Assembly (NCBI GenBank): GCA_030429505.1
Contig: JAUIFI010000001.1
Location: 270,001 to 302,000 of the forward strand
From: Candidatus Saccharimonadota bacterium
GTDB lineage: Bacteria > Patescibacteriota > Gracilibacteria > UBA4473
Length of the DNA stretch: 32,000 nt
Direction of reading: 5' to 3'
Below the pieces are notes generated by a model. The model did not search any database and had not been told where the DNA came from. It saw only the letters and a list, made by a program, of their open reading frames with translations. The first letter of the stretch is position 1, and each line of letters opens with the position of its first letter. The position numbers and the translations under genes are program-made. Shown in pieces: positions 1-7,940 of the stretch.

Positions 1-1247
1 GATATATAAATGATCGTATCGGCCTGAGTTTTTAAAACGGTCTTACACGCTTTTCTTCCTAGTCCGGAACGAGGTGGATCAACAATCAACGTATCAAACG
101 TCTCACCTTGTTCCAAAAGCTCTCGCAAGATTACATGCGCATTTCCTTCATGAAATGTATAATTCGTAACACCATTGAGTTCCAGATTTAGCCGACCTTC
201 TCTGACCGCACTCGGTTCTATTTCAATACCAGTTACTTGCTGTGCCAATGACGCCACCGACATCCCCAAAAATCCATTTCCACAGAAGAAGTCTAAAATA
301 CTCCCTTTTTGCGACCTATTTCGCACCTCTTTTTGTACTATTTCTATCATTTTTGTTGCCATTTCTCGGTTCACCTGAAAAAAACTCTTGGGACCAATTT
401 TGAACTTCAGATCCAAAACCTGATCCTCAAATGTTTCTGCCCCCCATAACAGTTCAAAGCTTTCCGGAGACGTGATCTCCTGACGATTTTTTCGAATCTG
501 CACAAACCCAATGAATTGTTTCCCTAAGTCTTTTTGAAACCAATCAATCCAACGATTTTTTTCATCTTCCGGAAAATCAGACTCATTGGTGTTCAAGGCT
601 ATCAAGATGTCATCTTGGTGATTCGTCCGAAAAATAATCGAATACAAAAAGCCTTTCGGATTCCCTTCTTGCTTCGGTGTCCGAGGGGAAAAGACATCCA
701 AATCACATTTCTCCGCTAGCTTTCGGACACTTTCCAATGCTTTCTGCGCTGTCTCTGAATGTAAAAGACACGCATCAATGTCGAGTATATGAAACCGTTT
801 TCTCGGATTATGAAAACCGACCTTGAGCCTCCCGTCTTCATCACGCTGAAACGAAAACTCAGTTTTATTACGATAATGCAAAGGATGAGGAGAGGGGAGA
901 CTCGGTTTCATTTTTTTCATCACCTCCGCTTCATCAAACTTTCCGATTCGTACCAAGCTATCCTTCAAAAACCCTTCCTTATACTCCATTTGTTTTTCAT
1001 AGGAAACATTTTGAAACGAACATCCTCCACACACTTCAAAATACGGACACTCAGCCTTTCCCCGATCCTGCGATTGGGTAACTATTTCCCGAGGCCACGC
1101 CTCCACATAATCTTTTTTCCGTTTCAAAATCTCAATATCCACTTCCTCGCCCGGCAGGACTTTTGGAATAAAAATCGCCTGACCATTGGGAAAGTGAGCC
1201 AATCCTTTGCCACCAAACACGACTTTTTCAACTTTAACAGACCTCAT
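1..1247 (-). CDS. rlmD: 23S rRNA (uracil-5-)-methyltransferase, RumA/RlmD family (TRAM + Fe-S + SAM MTase); C-terminal end runs off the window
   Basis: This gene is absent from the ORF track because it is open to the window edge. My minus-strand translation from the ATG (complement of 1245-1247) gives MRSVKVEKVVFGGKGLAHFPNGQAIFIPKVLPGEEVDIEILKRKKDYVEAWPREI (TRAM-like), then CPYFEVCGGCSFQ (Fe-S cysteines), then ILDFFCGNGFLGMSVA (SAM motif I) and LIVDPPRSGL (motif IV). The + strand track ORFs 175-378, 534-719 and 789-1256 are antisense shadows. Confidence 0.85.
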   Translation of the reverse strand, partial: MRSVKVEKVVFGGKGLAHFPNGQAIFIPKVLPGEEVDIEILKRKKDYVEAWPREIVTQSQDRGKAECPYFEVCGGCSFQNVSYEKQMEYKEGFLKDSLVRIGKFDEAEVMKKMKPSLPSPHPLHYRNKTEFSFQRDEDGRLKVGFHNPRKRFHILDIDACLLHSETAQKALESVRKLAEKCDLDVFSPRTPKQEGNPKGFLYSIIFRTNHQDDILIALNTNESDFPEDEKNRWIDWFQKDLGKQFIGFVQIRKNRQEITSPESFELLWGAETFEDQVLDLKFKIGPKSFFQVNREMATKMIEIVQKEVRNRSQKGSILDFFCGNGFLGMSVASLAQQVTGIEIEPSAVREGRLNLELNGVTNYTFHEGNAHVILRELLEQGETFDTLIVDPPRSGLGRKACKTVLKTQADTIIYI

Positions 1248-1317
1248 GCGAGGTGAATTGTAAATACAGGACTGCTTAAGTAAAGAAGACAACAAGACTC
1301 TTTGAGAGGCAAGGATG

Positions 1318-1346
1318 TTGACTTTTTTGTTATTATTGTTTATTTA
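1318..1346 (+). promoter_or_regulatory. candidate sigma70-type promoter for the 523-aa ORF
   Basis: TTGACT (1318-1323), a 17-nt spacer and TATTTA (1341-1346). The -10 is imperfect and the background is AT-rich, so this is weak. Confidence 0.3.
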
Positions 1347-1461
1347 GAAGAAGGAAGTGGATTATCTATGACATTATGTCTGCTTCTAAATGGCTTTTTG
1401 ACAACACAGAATGTAAGTTCACTTTGAATGAATAATTCATCACATTACAAGGAGTAGTACT

Positions 1462-3033
1462 ATGCAAGCGTTGAACATCAAAGTAATAATGGTAAAATTT
1501 TTTTATCTTTTATTACAAGCTATAAAAGATGAAGTGCTAGAGAAACTTCCGCCTAAAAAAGCAGAATATCTCTGGAAAAATTATCCATCAAAAGACGGAA
1601 TATTACTACCAATAACACTTGAGCAAATAACAAAAGCTTTCAATATTATTTTTGCAGAAAACTATCTCTATCCGGGGAGACCTTCTCTCCAGATCATTCG
1701 AGACCCAAAAATGATCGGAGAACGGTTCTGGAAGATTAGTAGACGGTTAAACGCATCTTCTGACAAGAGTGAGCAAGAATCCAGCATAAGCGACCATGAA
1801 TATGAAAGGATAAAAAATAATCCCGAAGGAGTAGAAGCTCACATTTTTTTTCTACAAGCTGAAGCATGGGGTATATGCCCATGGAGTCTGTTTTTTGCAG
1901 AAAATCCCGAGTCGAATGCAAAATTTAATGATTCATTTGCGGAAAATTTTCTTCAAAAAATACTCCAAAATAACCATTTTATAAAATCCCTCTCTTTCCA
2001 TCTTACGAAGACAGAAAGGGAAATATTGGAGGAAAAATGGAAGGTGAAAATTCCGTCGGAATTAGATCTTTCTGTAATTCAAGATAATGGAACATTCTTC
2101 CCCGAACCTTCATGGGAAGAAGTAAATACGACTTTCAACACATTCGTGAGTCAGTTTCTTATTACGCTTGAAAAAGAAAAAAAGGAAAGCAGAAAGCCTA
2201 AAATTTCCTTTGATGAAGAAAATATTAAGTATTGGCAGTATGGCAACATAAAAAATGAAAAGGTGAAATTCATCGTATGGAATGTCCTGGCTGAGGTATT
2301 AGCAAAACATAATCTCTGTATCTCATCCGTACTTGAGCCAGAATTGTTGAATACACAAAGAGGCTCAAGACTTGATGCACAGGGAGTTATGGAACGACTG
2401 GATGCATTAATTGAGATGCAAGATCCAATTACAAAAAGTAAGTTTTCTCCTATTGTAGGCTATAAACGCTCAGGGTATCATAATATAAAATATAAACCAG
2501 AAAATATTCAGGTTTTACGCATAATACTTTTGCTTCGGTATAGAAAAAGACGAATATCTGAGTTCGAAACGGGGCAATTTCAGTCTGAACCTGAAGGTCA
2601 TTATTGTGATCCTTACTACAGTTGGTTAAGATGTATTCACGATCCTGCGCTCATGAAAAGGTTTGTAAAATCACTTCTTTTACCGACAAGCAGTATTCAG
2701 CGAGCAAAAACATCAGGTTCAAAACAACAGAAAGTATCACAGAGTAAACCTTCTACTCATCAAAACAGGAATAAGCCAGAAGAGAATACGCTATCGAAAC
2801 CAGAAGCGGTTTTGCTCTTTGCAAAGCATTATACCCCAGATATGGGGATATTAATGCAACTCATCCAGCAAGACCCGGGAAGTATTCCAAACCTAGTTAA
2901 GATAGCAACGCAATCGACCTTGTTGAAGCCCGGTAAAGCTCTGAAACTAATCGAATTAATCGAATGGCTTGAGTCTCATGGAGTCAACGTAGAGGAAGCT
3001 AGGGAAATGCTTAGTGCCATCTACATACGATAA
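1462..3033 (+). CDS. hypothetical protein, 523 aa, no recognisable domain
   Basis: A long uninterrupted ORF preceded by a canonical SD (AAGGAG, 7-nt spacer to the ATG at 1462) and followed by a strong intrinsic terminator. No signal peptide or TM segment is visible. There is a Ser/Lys/Gln-rich linker near residues 410-440. Confidence 0.7.
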   Translation: MQALNIKVIMVKFFYLLLQAIKDEVLEKLPPKKAEYLWKNYPSKDGILLPITLEQITKAFNIIFAENYLYPGRPSLQIIRDPKMIGERFWKISRRLNASSDKSEQESSISDHEYERIKNNPEGVEAHIFFLQAEAWGICPWSLFFAENPESNAKFNDSFAENFLQKILQNNHFIKSLSFHLTKTEREILEEKWKVKIPSELDLSVIQDNGTFFPEPSWEEVNTTFNTFVSQFLITLEKEKKESRKPKISFDEENIKYWQYGNIKNEKVKFIVWNVLAEVLAKHNLCISSVLEPELLNTQRGSRLDAQGVMERLDALIEMQDPITKSKFSPIVGYKRSGYHNIKYKPENIQVLRIILLLRYRKRRISEFETGQFQSEPEGHYCDPYYSWLRCIHDPALMKRFVKSLLLPTSSIQRAKTSGSKQQKVSQSKPSTHQNRNKPEENTLSKPEAVLLFAKHYTPDMGILMQLIQQDPGSIPNLVKIATQSTLLKPGKALKLIELIEWLESHGVNVEEAREMLSAIYIR

Positions 3034-3067
3034 TAAACAGCATCTGTGTTCATCAAAATAGTTACCA

Positions 3068-3101
3068 AAGTGTTCTCTCATCAAGAGAGAACACTTTTTT
3101 T
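3068..3101 (+). terminator. rho-independent terminator of the 523-aa ORF
   Basis: AAGTGTTCTCTC (3068-3079) pairs with GAGAGAACACTT (3085-3096) across a 5-nt loop ATCAA. The stem runs into a 7-T tract at 3095-3101. Confidence 0.85.
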
Positions 3102-3108
3102 CAAACCA

Positions 3109-3136
3109 TTGCCTAAAACACAAAAATCTCCACAAT
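3109..3136 (+). promoter_or_regulatory. candidate promoter of the O-methyltransferase gene, leaderless geometry
   Basis: TTGCCT (3109-3114), a 16-nt spacer and CACAAT (3131-3136). The ATG at 3143 is only 6 nt downstream of the -10 and there is no SD. Confidence 0.35.
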
Positions 3137-3142
3137 ACCGTT

Positions 3143-3703
3143 ATGAATCCAGAACGAGAAACGTTTCTCAAAAAATTAAAGCAGAAATCTGAAGCCCAAA
3201 ACGTCCCCAATGTCACGGAAAAAAACGGACGATTTCTCCATATGCTCGTGCAGATTAAAAAACCAAAAAACATCCTCGAAATCGGAACCGCCAACGGTTA
3301 CTCCACTATCTTTCTCGCCGATAGTGTAGAAAAACACGGCGGCAAAGTCACCACCATCGACCACTCCAAACCTTCCTACGAATGGGCATGTGAAAATTTC
3401 CGTACCACCGGATTAGATACAATCATAAATCCCATCTTCGGCAAAGCTGAAGATATTCTTCCGACATTGAAAGAAAAATATGACATGGTCTTTCTCGACG
3501 CCCAAAAAGCCCAATACGGAGTCTTTTGGAATCTGATAAAATCTTTACTCTCCGACGATCCATTAGTCATCGTCGATGATGTCCTAAAATTCCCCGAAAA
3601 AACCGATCATTTTCATGAGATCATAGCACAGGAAAAAGACTTCACATCCCTCATTCTTCCCATTGATGGAGATGACGGGGTGATGGTTATTGTGAGGAGG
3701 TAA
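3143..3703 (+). CDS. class I SAM-dependent O-methyltransferase (family 3, caffeoyl-CoA OMT/YrrM-like)
   Basis: ILEIGTANGYSTIFLA is the SAM-binding motif I. It is followed by KVTTIDHS, YDMVFLDAQKAQY and LVIVDDVL, which matches the layout of O-methyltransferase family 3. Confidence 0.85.
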   Translation: MNPERETFLKKLKQKSEAQNVPNVTEKNGRFLHMLVQIKKPKNILEIGTANGYSTIFLADSVEKHGGKVTTIDHSKPSYEWACENFRTTGLDTIINPIFGKAEDILPTLKEKYDMVFLDAQKAQYGVFWNLIKSLLSDDPLVIVDDVLKFPEKTDHFHEIIAQEKDFTSLILPIDGDDGVMVIVRR

Positions 3704-3732
3704 CACTAAAGAAAATAGAGAGACGAAGAATC

Positions 3733-4827
3733 CTAGAGCTCAATATCTTTTTCTTCATAAATATATCTGACAGCTTCTGGATTTCTCAGGTGGATAAGAT
3801 ACGTTTTTACATTTCTTGTTTCACCTTGAATGTTTATCTTGCCTGAAAATCGGTATGTCTTTTCTATTCTGACGTTTTCAAACTCATCTAAAACAGAGTC
3901 AACAACATCATTCATAAAGTCTCTATTTTCCTTATCTGAATTTCCTATGACATAAACATTTTCTAATTGTTTTTTTAAAGCATCAACAATTCTTGCTTTA
4001 TGAGGAATAATCCTTCCTCGAGTCCATTTCGAAGCCACAATTTTAATAGCACATCTAGTGTATCTTCCCAAAAAAGTGTCTGTCGTTTGATCATCTCCCA
4101 CTTCTCTTTGGGAAAAATCTTCTAAAAAATTTACCAAGCCATTTACTTCTTCCACTACTTCACGATTCCGTTTATTAAGAAATACCTTCCCCCCCAAGCA
4201 TGAAAGTTCCTGTATTAAGATAGGAAAAAATACTCCAATTTTTTCAATATTTGTGTACTTCCCAATAAATTCCTTCACTTGCTCACTTCTTTCGATAGAA
4301 GGAGAAAAGTAGTCATTCATGAATTGATCTAGGGCTGAAACATTACTCCTTTGGAGAATCTTAAAGGTTGCAAATAGATCGAGAGATTGCTTTTGATTTT
4401 GAGAAAGATGATTCTTCGATCTTCTAAGAAGAGCACTGGAGGTAAAAAAATGAACAGCATGCACAACATTCTTTATTTTGTATTTACGGTCTCTCATCAA
4501 AATAATTGCTTCTCCCTGCTCCCAAACAATGTCTTCGACATCGTTTTTTGCAGTCCACTCTATCGATATTTTTGGAAATTTTAAAGTAGTTCCTTTTTCC
4601 AGTTCCCTGATAGAAGAATTAACATCTCCCTGTATTTGTGACTTAACTGCATAATATTGGGCTCTTTTCCAAATGTGACTGAGCAACCACAAAAATTTAG
4701 AGGTCCATTGATCAAATTTTCCCGGAGTCAAATAGAAAAATACTGCGAAGCATACAAAAAGAATCGTAGAAGCCGAGAAACCAGCCAAAAAGCCTAAAGA
4801 AGTAATCGTATTAATAAATTCAGTCAT
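3733..4827 (-). CDS. hypothetical membrane-anchored protein, 364 aa
   Basis: The N-terminal hydrophobic segment ITSLGFLAGFSASTILFVCFAVFFYL is followed by a ~330-aa soluble region with no motif I recognise. Its start codon overlaps the stop of the upstream 85-aa ORF (ATGA at 4824-4827). Confidence 0.75.
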   Translation of the reverse strand: MTEFINTITSLGFLAGFSASTILFVCFAVFFYLTPGKFDQWTSKFLWLLSHIWKRAQYYAVKSQIQGDVNSSIRELEKGTTLKFPKISIEWTAKNDVEDIVWEQGEAIILMRDRKYKIKNVVHAVHFFTSSALLRRSKNHLSQNQKQSLDLFATFKILQRSNVSALDQFMNDYFSPSIERSEQVKEFIGKYTNIEKIGVFFPILIQELSCLGGKVFLNKRNREVVEEVNGLVNFLEDFSQREVGDDQTTDTFLGRYTRCAIKIVASKWTRGRIIPHKARIVDALKKQLENVYVIGNSDKENRDFMNDVVDSVLDEFENVRIEKTYRFSGKINIQGETRNVKTYLIHLRNPEAVRYIYEEKDIEL

Positions 4828-5081
4828 TTTTTTACTTTTGCTTTCTGTTTTTCCTCCAGATACTGGTGAAAAGCCAGGACGCTTTCTGGATCATTACAGA
4901 CAAAATTTACCCGTCCTGATTCAGGGATGATAGAATAAAGGTTGTCTTTTGTCACAACCGTTTGATTAAACTTGCACTTAAATTTTCCTTTTTCAAAATC
5001 TTCTTTCACTCCAAATCTTTCTAGTAACTTATCCAAATCCCACTCGTGCACAGCCTTCACACTACTTATTTCTTGATTCAT
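4824..5081 (-). CDS. hypothetical small protein, 85 aa
   Basis: The ORF has GGAG 8-9 nt upstream of its ATG and overlaps the downstream 364-aa gene by 4 nt. It has a Lys-rich C-terminus and no recognisable domain. Confidence 0.6.
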   Translation of the reverse strand: MNQEISSVKAVHEWDLDKLLERFGVKEDFEKGKFKCKFNQTVVTKDNLYSIIPESGRVNFVCNDPESVLAFHQYLEEKQKAKVKK

Positions 5082-5192
5082 GTTTCAAGCTCCGGATGTT
5101 AAAAATTTCTGACTTCATGCATACAACATAGGAGGTGAAAAGTAAAGGATAATGTCCTACAAAGCTGCTTACTGTCGATAGGGGATGGAACC

Positions 5193-5214
5193 AAAAAAGC
5201 GCTTCATAAAGCGA
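5193..5214 (-). terminator. candidate intrinsic terminator downstream of tRNA-Ile
   Basis: The minus strand reads CGCTT-TATG-AAGCG followed by C and TTTTTT (complement of 5193-5198), about 35 nt after the tRNA 3' end. The stem is short (5 bp). Confidence 0.45.
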
Positions 5215-5248
5215 ATAACAGCAGTAAAAAATCAGAAAAACAAGTTGA

Positions 5249-5325
5249 TGGTGGGCGTGCGAGGACTTGAACCTCGGACCTCGTCCTTATCAGAGACGCG
5301 CTCTAACCAGCTGAGCTACACGCCC
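5249..5325 (-). tRNA. tRNA-Ile (anticodon GAU), CCA encoded
   Basis: The minus strand reads GGGCGTG TA GCTC AGCTGGTTA GAGC G CGTCT CTGATAA GGACG AGGTC CGAGG TTCAAGT CCTCG CACGCCC A CCA. This is a complete cloverleaf with GAT at positions 34-36. Confidence 0.95.
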
Positions 5326-5528
5326 GTCGTCGCTGGGTCACTCCATTGCTTGCTCCCTCGATTTCACTCGGGATCAGCTTATTTCGTGACCGCTCCTCTC
5401 ACTCACACGGAGTTCTCGGTCTCATTGACAACTTTTCTTCGCTACACTCAGAAAAGTCTATTCGACCTGCGCTCCTCCATATTCGTGGAAGGCTATACCT
5501 AACGGAAAAAAGTCTTTTTAAAAAAGCT
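5326..5528 (-). ncRNA. unidentified structured leader/ncRNA co-transcribed with tRNA-Ile
   Basis: The segment lies between a near-consensus promoter and the tRNA 5' end. I hand-counted ~50% G+C over 5326-5510, against roughly one-third in the flanks. Several helices are visible by eye: 5431-5438/5450-5457, 5388-5421 and 5332-5393. There is no credible ORF. The identity of the RNA is unknown. Confidence 0.4.
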
Positions 5529-5533
5529 CGGAG

Positions 5534-5561
5534 ATTCTACTGAAAAGGGAAGGGCTGTCAA
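5534..5561 (-). promoter_or_regulatory. sigma70-type promoter driving the leader + tRNA-Ile
   Basis: On the minus strand: TTGACA (complement of 5556-5561), a 16-nt spacer and TAGAAT (complement of 5534-5539). The predicted start is near 5528. Confidence 0.6.
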
Positions 5562-5578
5562 AATATTAAGAAAGTGTC

Positions 5579-5599
5579 ATTCTGAATTTATTTCAGAAT
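5579..5599 (-). terminator. AT-rich hairpin downstream of pcrA (weak terminator candidate)
   Basis: ATTCTGAA (5579-5586) and TTCAGAAT (5592-5599) form an 8-bp stem with a 5-nt loop, ~80 nt after the pcrA stop. There is no contiguous T tract, only T-rich sequence. Confidence 0.3.
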
Positions 5600-5679
5600 C
5601 TCTTTCTTCATAAGTTATCTATTAGATCTTGAAACAAGTGACGCTTCGCTATTCTTACCGAGCAGGATGACAAAGAGGT

Positions 5680-7926
5680 TTATTCCACAATCACCTCAAT
5701 CGGAGCTACAGATCCCACAATCTTTTTCATCCCAATTCCAGCAAAAGCCACCGACAAGACATCACCAGATACTTGAATAATCGTGCCTTCACCAAATTCC
5801 TTGTGACGAATCCGATCACCAGTTTTATACCCACTGGTGTTTTCCGCCACGCCAAAGATCGCTTCTTTTTTCGTTTGAGGGACGCGATCAAAGATAGCTT
5901 GCTTGGCACGCTGTACTCCTTGGTCAAAAGTCTTCCGAGCAAACGGATTAAAACTTGCCGGTGTTTTCGTACTTTTGCGTTCGATACATTTTTCATCCAG
6001 TTCAGATAAAAATTTTGACGGACTGCTGTATTCTGTCCGACCAAAAAGCATTCTCTGTCCGGCATGGAGAATCACACACTTTTGCTTCGCTCTCGTCAAA
6101 GCCACATACCCCAACCTTCGCTCTTCTTCCAGCTGTTCTCCGGAAAACTGAGCACTACTACTTGGAAAAATACCCTCCTCCCAGCCTGGCAAAAATACCA
6201 CTGGAAATTCCAACCCTTTCGAAGAATGAATCGTCATGAGCGTGACTTTCTCTGACGCTTCATCATATTGATCCACATCAGCAATCAGGGCTACACCTTC
6301 CAAAAACGCCGCCAAACTGTGATCAGCTCCATCATACTTCGCCGCTACCGAGAAAAGTTCTCGCACGTTTTGGATTCGCATCTCTCCTTCACCAGTGCCA
6401 TCATCGAGATAGGGGAGGTACTGAATCTTTTCGATCAATCGATCGAGTAAAATCGTAATCGGTTCTTGTCCCGACATTGCCTGGAATTCCACGATCATGT
6501 CTCGAAAACTTCGCAACACATCTTTTTTCGTCTCTGGCAGTTCTGAAATCTCATCAATATGTTCTAAAACCTCAAAAAGACTCACCGTGTACTCACGAGC
6601 ATATTGTTTCAAAGTTTCCAACGTCGCCACTCCAAGCTTACGAGACGGAGTATTGATAATCCTCAAAAAAGACACATCATCTCGGGAATTAAAAATAAGT
6701 CTCAAGTAAGCAATCACATCCTTGATCTCCTTCCGATCAAAAAACCGTGTCCCACCAATGATCTGATAGGGGATTTGATGTCGCATCAACGCTTCCTCTA
6801 TCGCCCGAGACTGCGCATTCATCCGATACAAAATCGTACAATCAGAATACGAATAGTCGCTTGATCGCTTCAGTTCCAAAATGCGCTCAGCGATTGTATT
6901 TCCTTCATCTTTTTCATTCATGACCTCCACGACCTCAATCGGATCACCAGGAGTATTTTCCGTCCAGAGATTTTTTTCTCGTCCGGTTTGATTAAAAGAA
7001 ATCAATGCATTGGCATTCGTCAAAATATTACTCGTCGACCGATAATTCTGTTCGAGCTTTACAACAGCGGCCTCTGGGAAATCTTTCTCAAAATTCAAAA
7101 TATTAGTGTAATCCGCCCCCCGAAAAGAGTAAATAGACTGATGATCATCCCCAATCACGCACAGATTCTGATGTTCATCCGCCAAAAGTCTCACCAAACG
7201 ATATTGAGCGAAATTCGTATCCTGATACTCATCCACCATCAAATGAGACCATTTTTTTCGATAAAAATTCAGCACATCACTACTCGCTTCAAAGAGCTGG
7301 ACGGTCTTTTGCAATAAGTCATCAAAATCCAAAGCATTATGCTCCTGAAGACGTTTTTGGTACGCTGGATATAAAGTTTTTACCACTTGAGTGAACCGAT
7401 TTGTTTCGACCGTATCGGCATATTCACTCGGTGTAATCAGTTGATTTTTCGCTCCAGATATATGAGAGAGTACGGCTTTAAACTTTGTCGTTTTTTCATC
7501 GATTCCGTGTTCTTTCATCAACGTCTTCATTAATTGCTGAGAATCATTGGTATCAAAAATCACAAACTGATTAGAAATCCCACAACTCAAATGCTCGATA
7601 TGCTTTCGTAATATCCGAACACACAGAGAATGAAAGGTTCCCACTGTCGGAATATGTGAAATAATATCTGAATCTGAAGACAGTTCTTCGCGGTACTGCA
7701 TGAGCATATTCTCGATTCGACCCTTCATCTCATTCGCGGCTTTATTCGTAAACGTCACTGCCAATATTGAACTTCCTAGCACCCCATTTGCCATTAAATA
7801 GCACGTGCGATGCGTCAGGCACTTTGTCTTTCCCGAGCCCGCTCCCGCCAAAATCAGCAAAGGTCCCGACAAAATTTGTACGGCTTTCTGCTGATCAGGA
7901 TTAAGCGACTGGAGGATTGATTGCAT
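5680..7926 (-). CDS. pcrA: ATP-dependent DNA helicase PcrA/UvrD (SF1)
   Basis: The motifs present are AGAGSGKT (Walker A), VTFTNKAANEM, DEYQDTN, YRST, VTLMTIHSSKGLEF and YVALTRA. The C-terminal Tudor-like tail GDRIRHKEFGEGTIIQV is also present. Confidence 0.95.
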   Translation of the reverse strand: MQSILQSLNPDQQKAVQILSGPLLILAGAGSGKTKCLTHRTCYLMANGVLGSSILAVTFTNKAANEMKGRIENMLMQYREELSSDSDIISHIPTVGTFHSLCVRILRKHIEHLSCGISNQFVIFDTNDSQQLMKTLMKEHGIDEKTTKFKAVLSHISGAKNQLITPSEYADTVETNRFTQVVKTLYPAYQKRLQEHNALDFDDLLQKTVQLFEASSDVLNFYRKKWSHLMVDEYQDTNFAQYRLVRLLADEHQNLCVIGDDHQSIYSFRGADYTNILNFEKDFPEAAVVKLEQNYRSTSNILTNANALISFNQTGREKNLWTENTPGDPIEVVEVMNEKDEGNTIAERILELKRSSDYSYSDCTILYRMNAQSRAIEEALMRHQIPYQIIGGTRFFDRKEIKDVIAYLRLIFNSRDDVSFLRIINTPSRKLGVATLETLKQYAREYTVSLFEVLEHIDEISELPETKKDVLRSFRDMIVEFQAMSGQEPITILLDRLIEKIQYLPYLDDGTGEGEMRIQNVRELFSVAAKYDGADHSLAAFLEGVALIADVDQYDEASEKVTLMTIHSSKGLEFPVVFLPGWEEGIFPSSSAQFSGEQLEEERRLGYVALTRAKQKCVILHAGQRMLFGRTEYSSPSKFLSELDEKCIERKSTKTPASFNPFARKTFDQGVQRAKQAIFDRVPQTKKEAIFGVAENTSGYKTGDRIRHKEFGEGTIIQVSGDVLSVAFAGIGMKKIVGSVAPIEVIVE

Positions 7927-7934
7927 GTAGGACG

Positions 7935-7940
7935 ATCATA
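7935..7940 (-). promoter_or_regulatory. candidate -10 element of pcrA, leaderless geometry
   Basis: TATGAT on the minus strand (complement of 7935-7940) lies 8 nt upstream of the pcrA ATG (complement of 7924-7926). There is no SD, and the -35 is weak. Confidence 0.35.

Noticed and set aside
175-1256. Three + strand track ORFs (67, 61 and 155 aa).
   Set aside because: They are antisense to a clearly recognisable RumA/RlmD-type methyltransferase gene that is open to the window edge. Their translations are low-complexity and have no motifs.
3790-3800. GGTGGATAA resembling a DnaA box (TGTGGATAA).
   Set aside because: It is a single imperfect copy inside a coding region, with no cluster and no dnaA/dnaN context.
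5326-5528. Identifying the tRNA-Ile leader as RNase P RNA, tmRNA or 5S rRNA.
   Set aside because: The RNase P hallmark GAGGAAAGUCC and the ACAGAA..GGCUUA P4 strands are absent, and the segment is too short. There is no tmRNA tRNA-like 3' end or tag ORF. Three 5S-like words (TAGCGAAGA, ACCGAGAAC, GTGAGAGGAG) occur in the 5S order. However, they are spaced far too closely, there is no helix I, and the first word sits in the loop of a strong local hairpin.
5185-5543. Two + strand ORFs (105 and 65 aa) spanning the tRNA-Ile region.
   Set aside because: One runs straight through the tRNA-Ile gene, and both cover the GC-rich structured leader. They have no SD or promoter context, so they are most likely frames left open by RNA-gene composition.
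5727-7317. Many 60-112 aa ORFs on both strands inside pcrA.
   Set aside because: They are nested within or antisense to an intact, motif-complete 748-aa helicase gene, so they are shadow ORFs.
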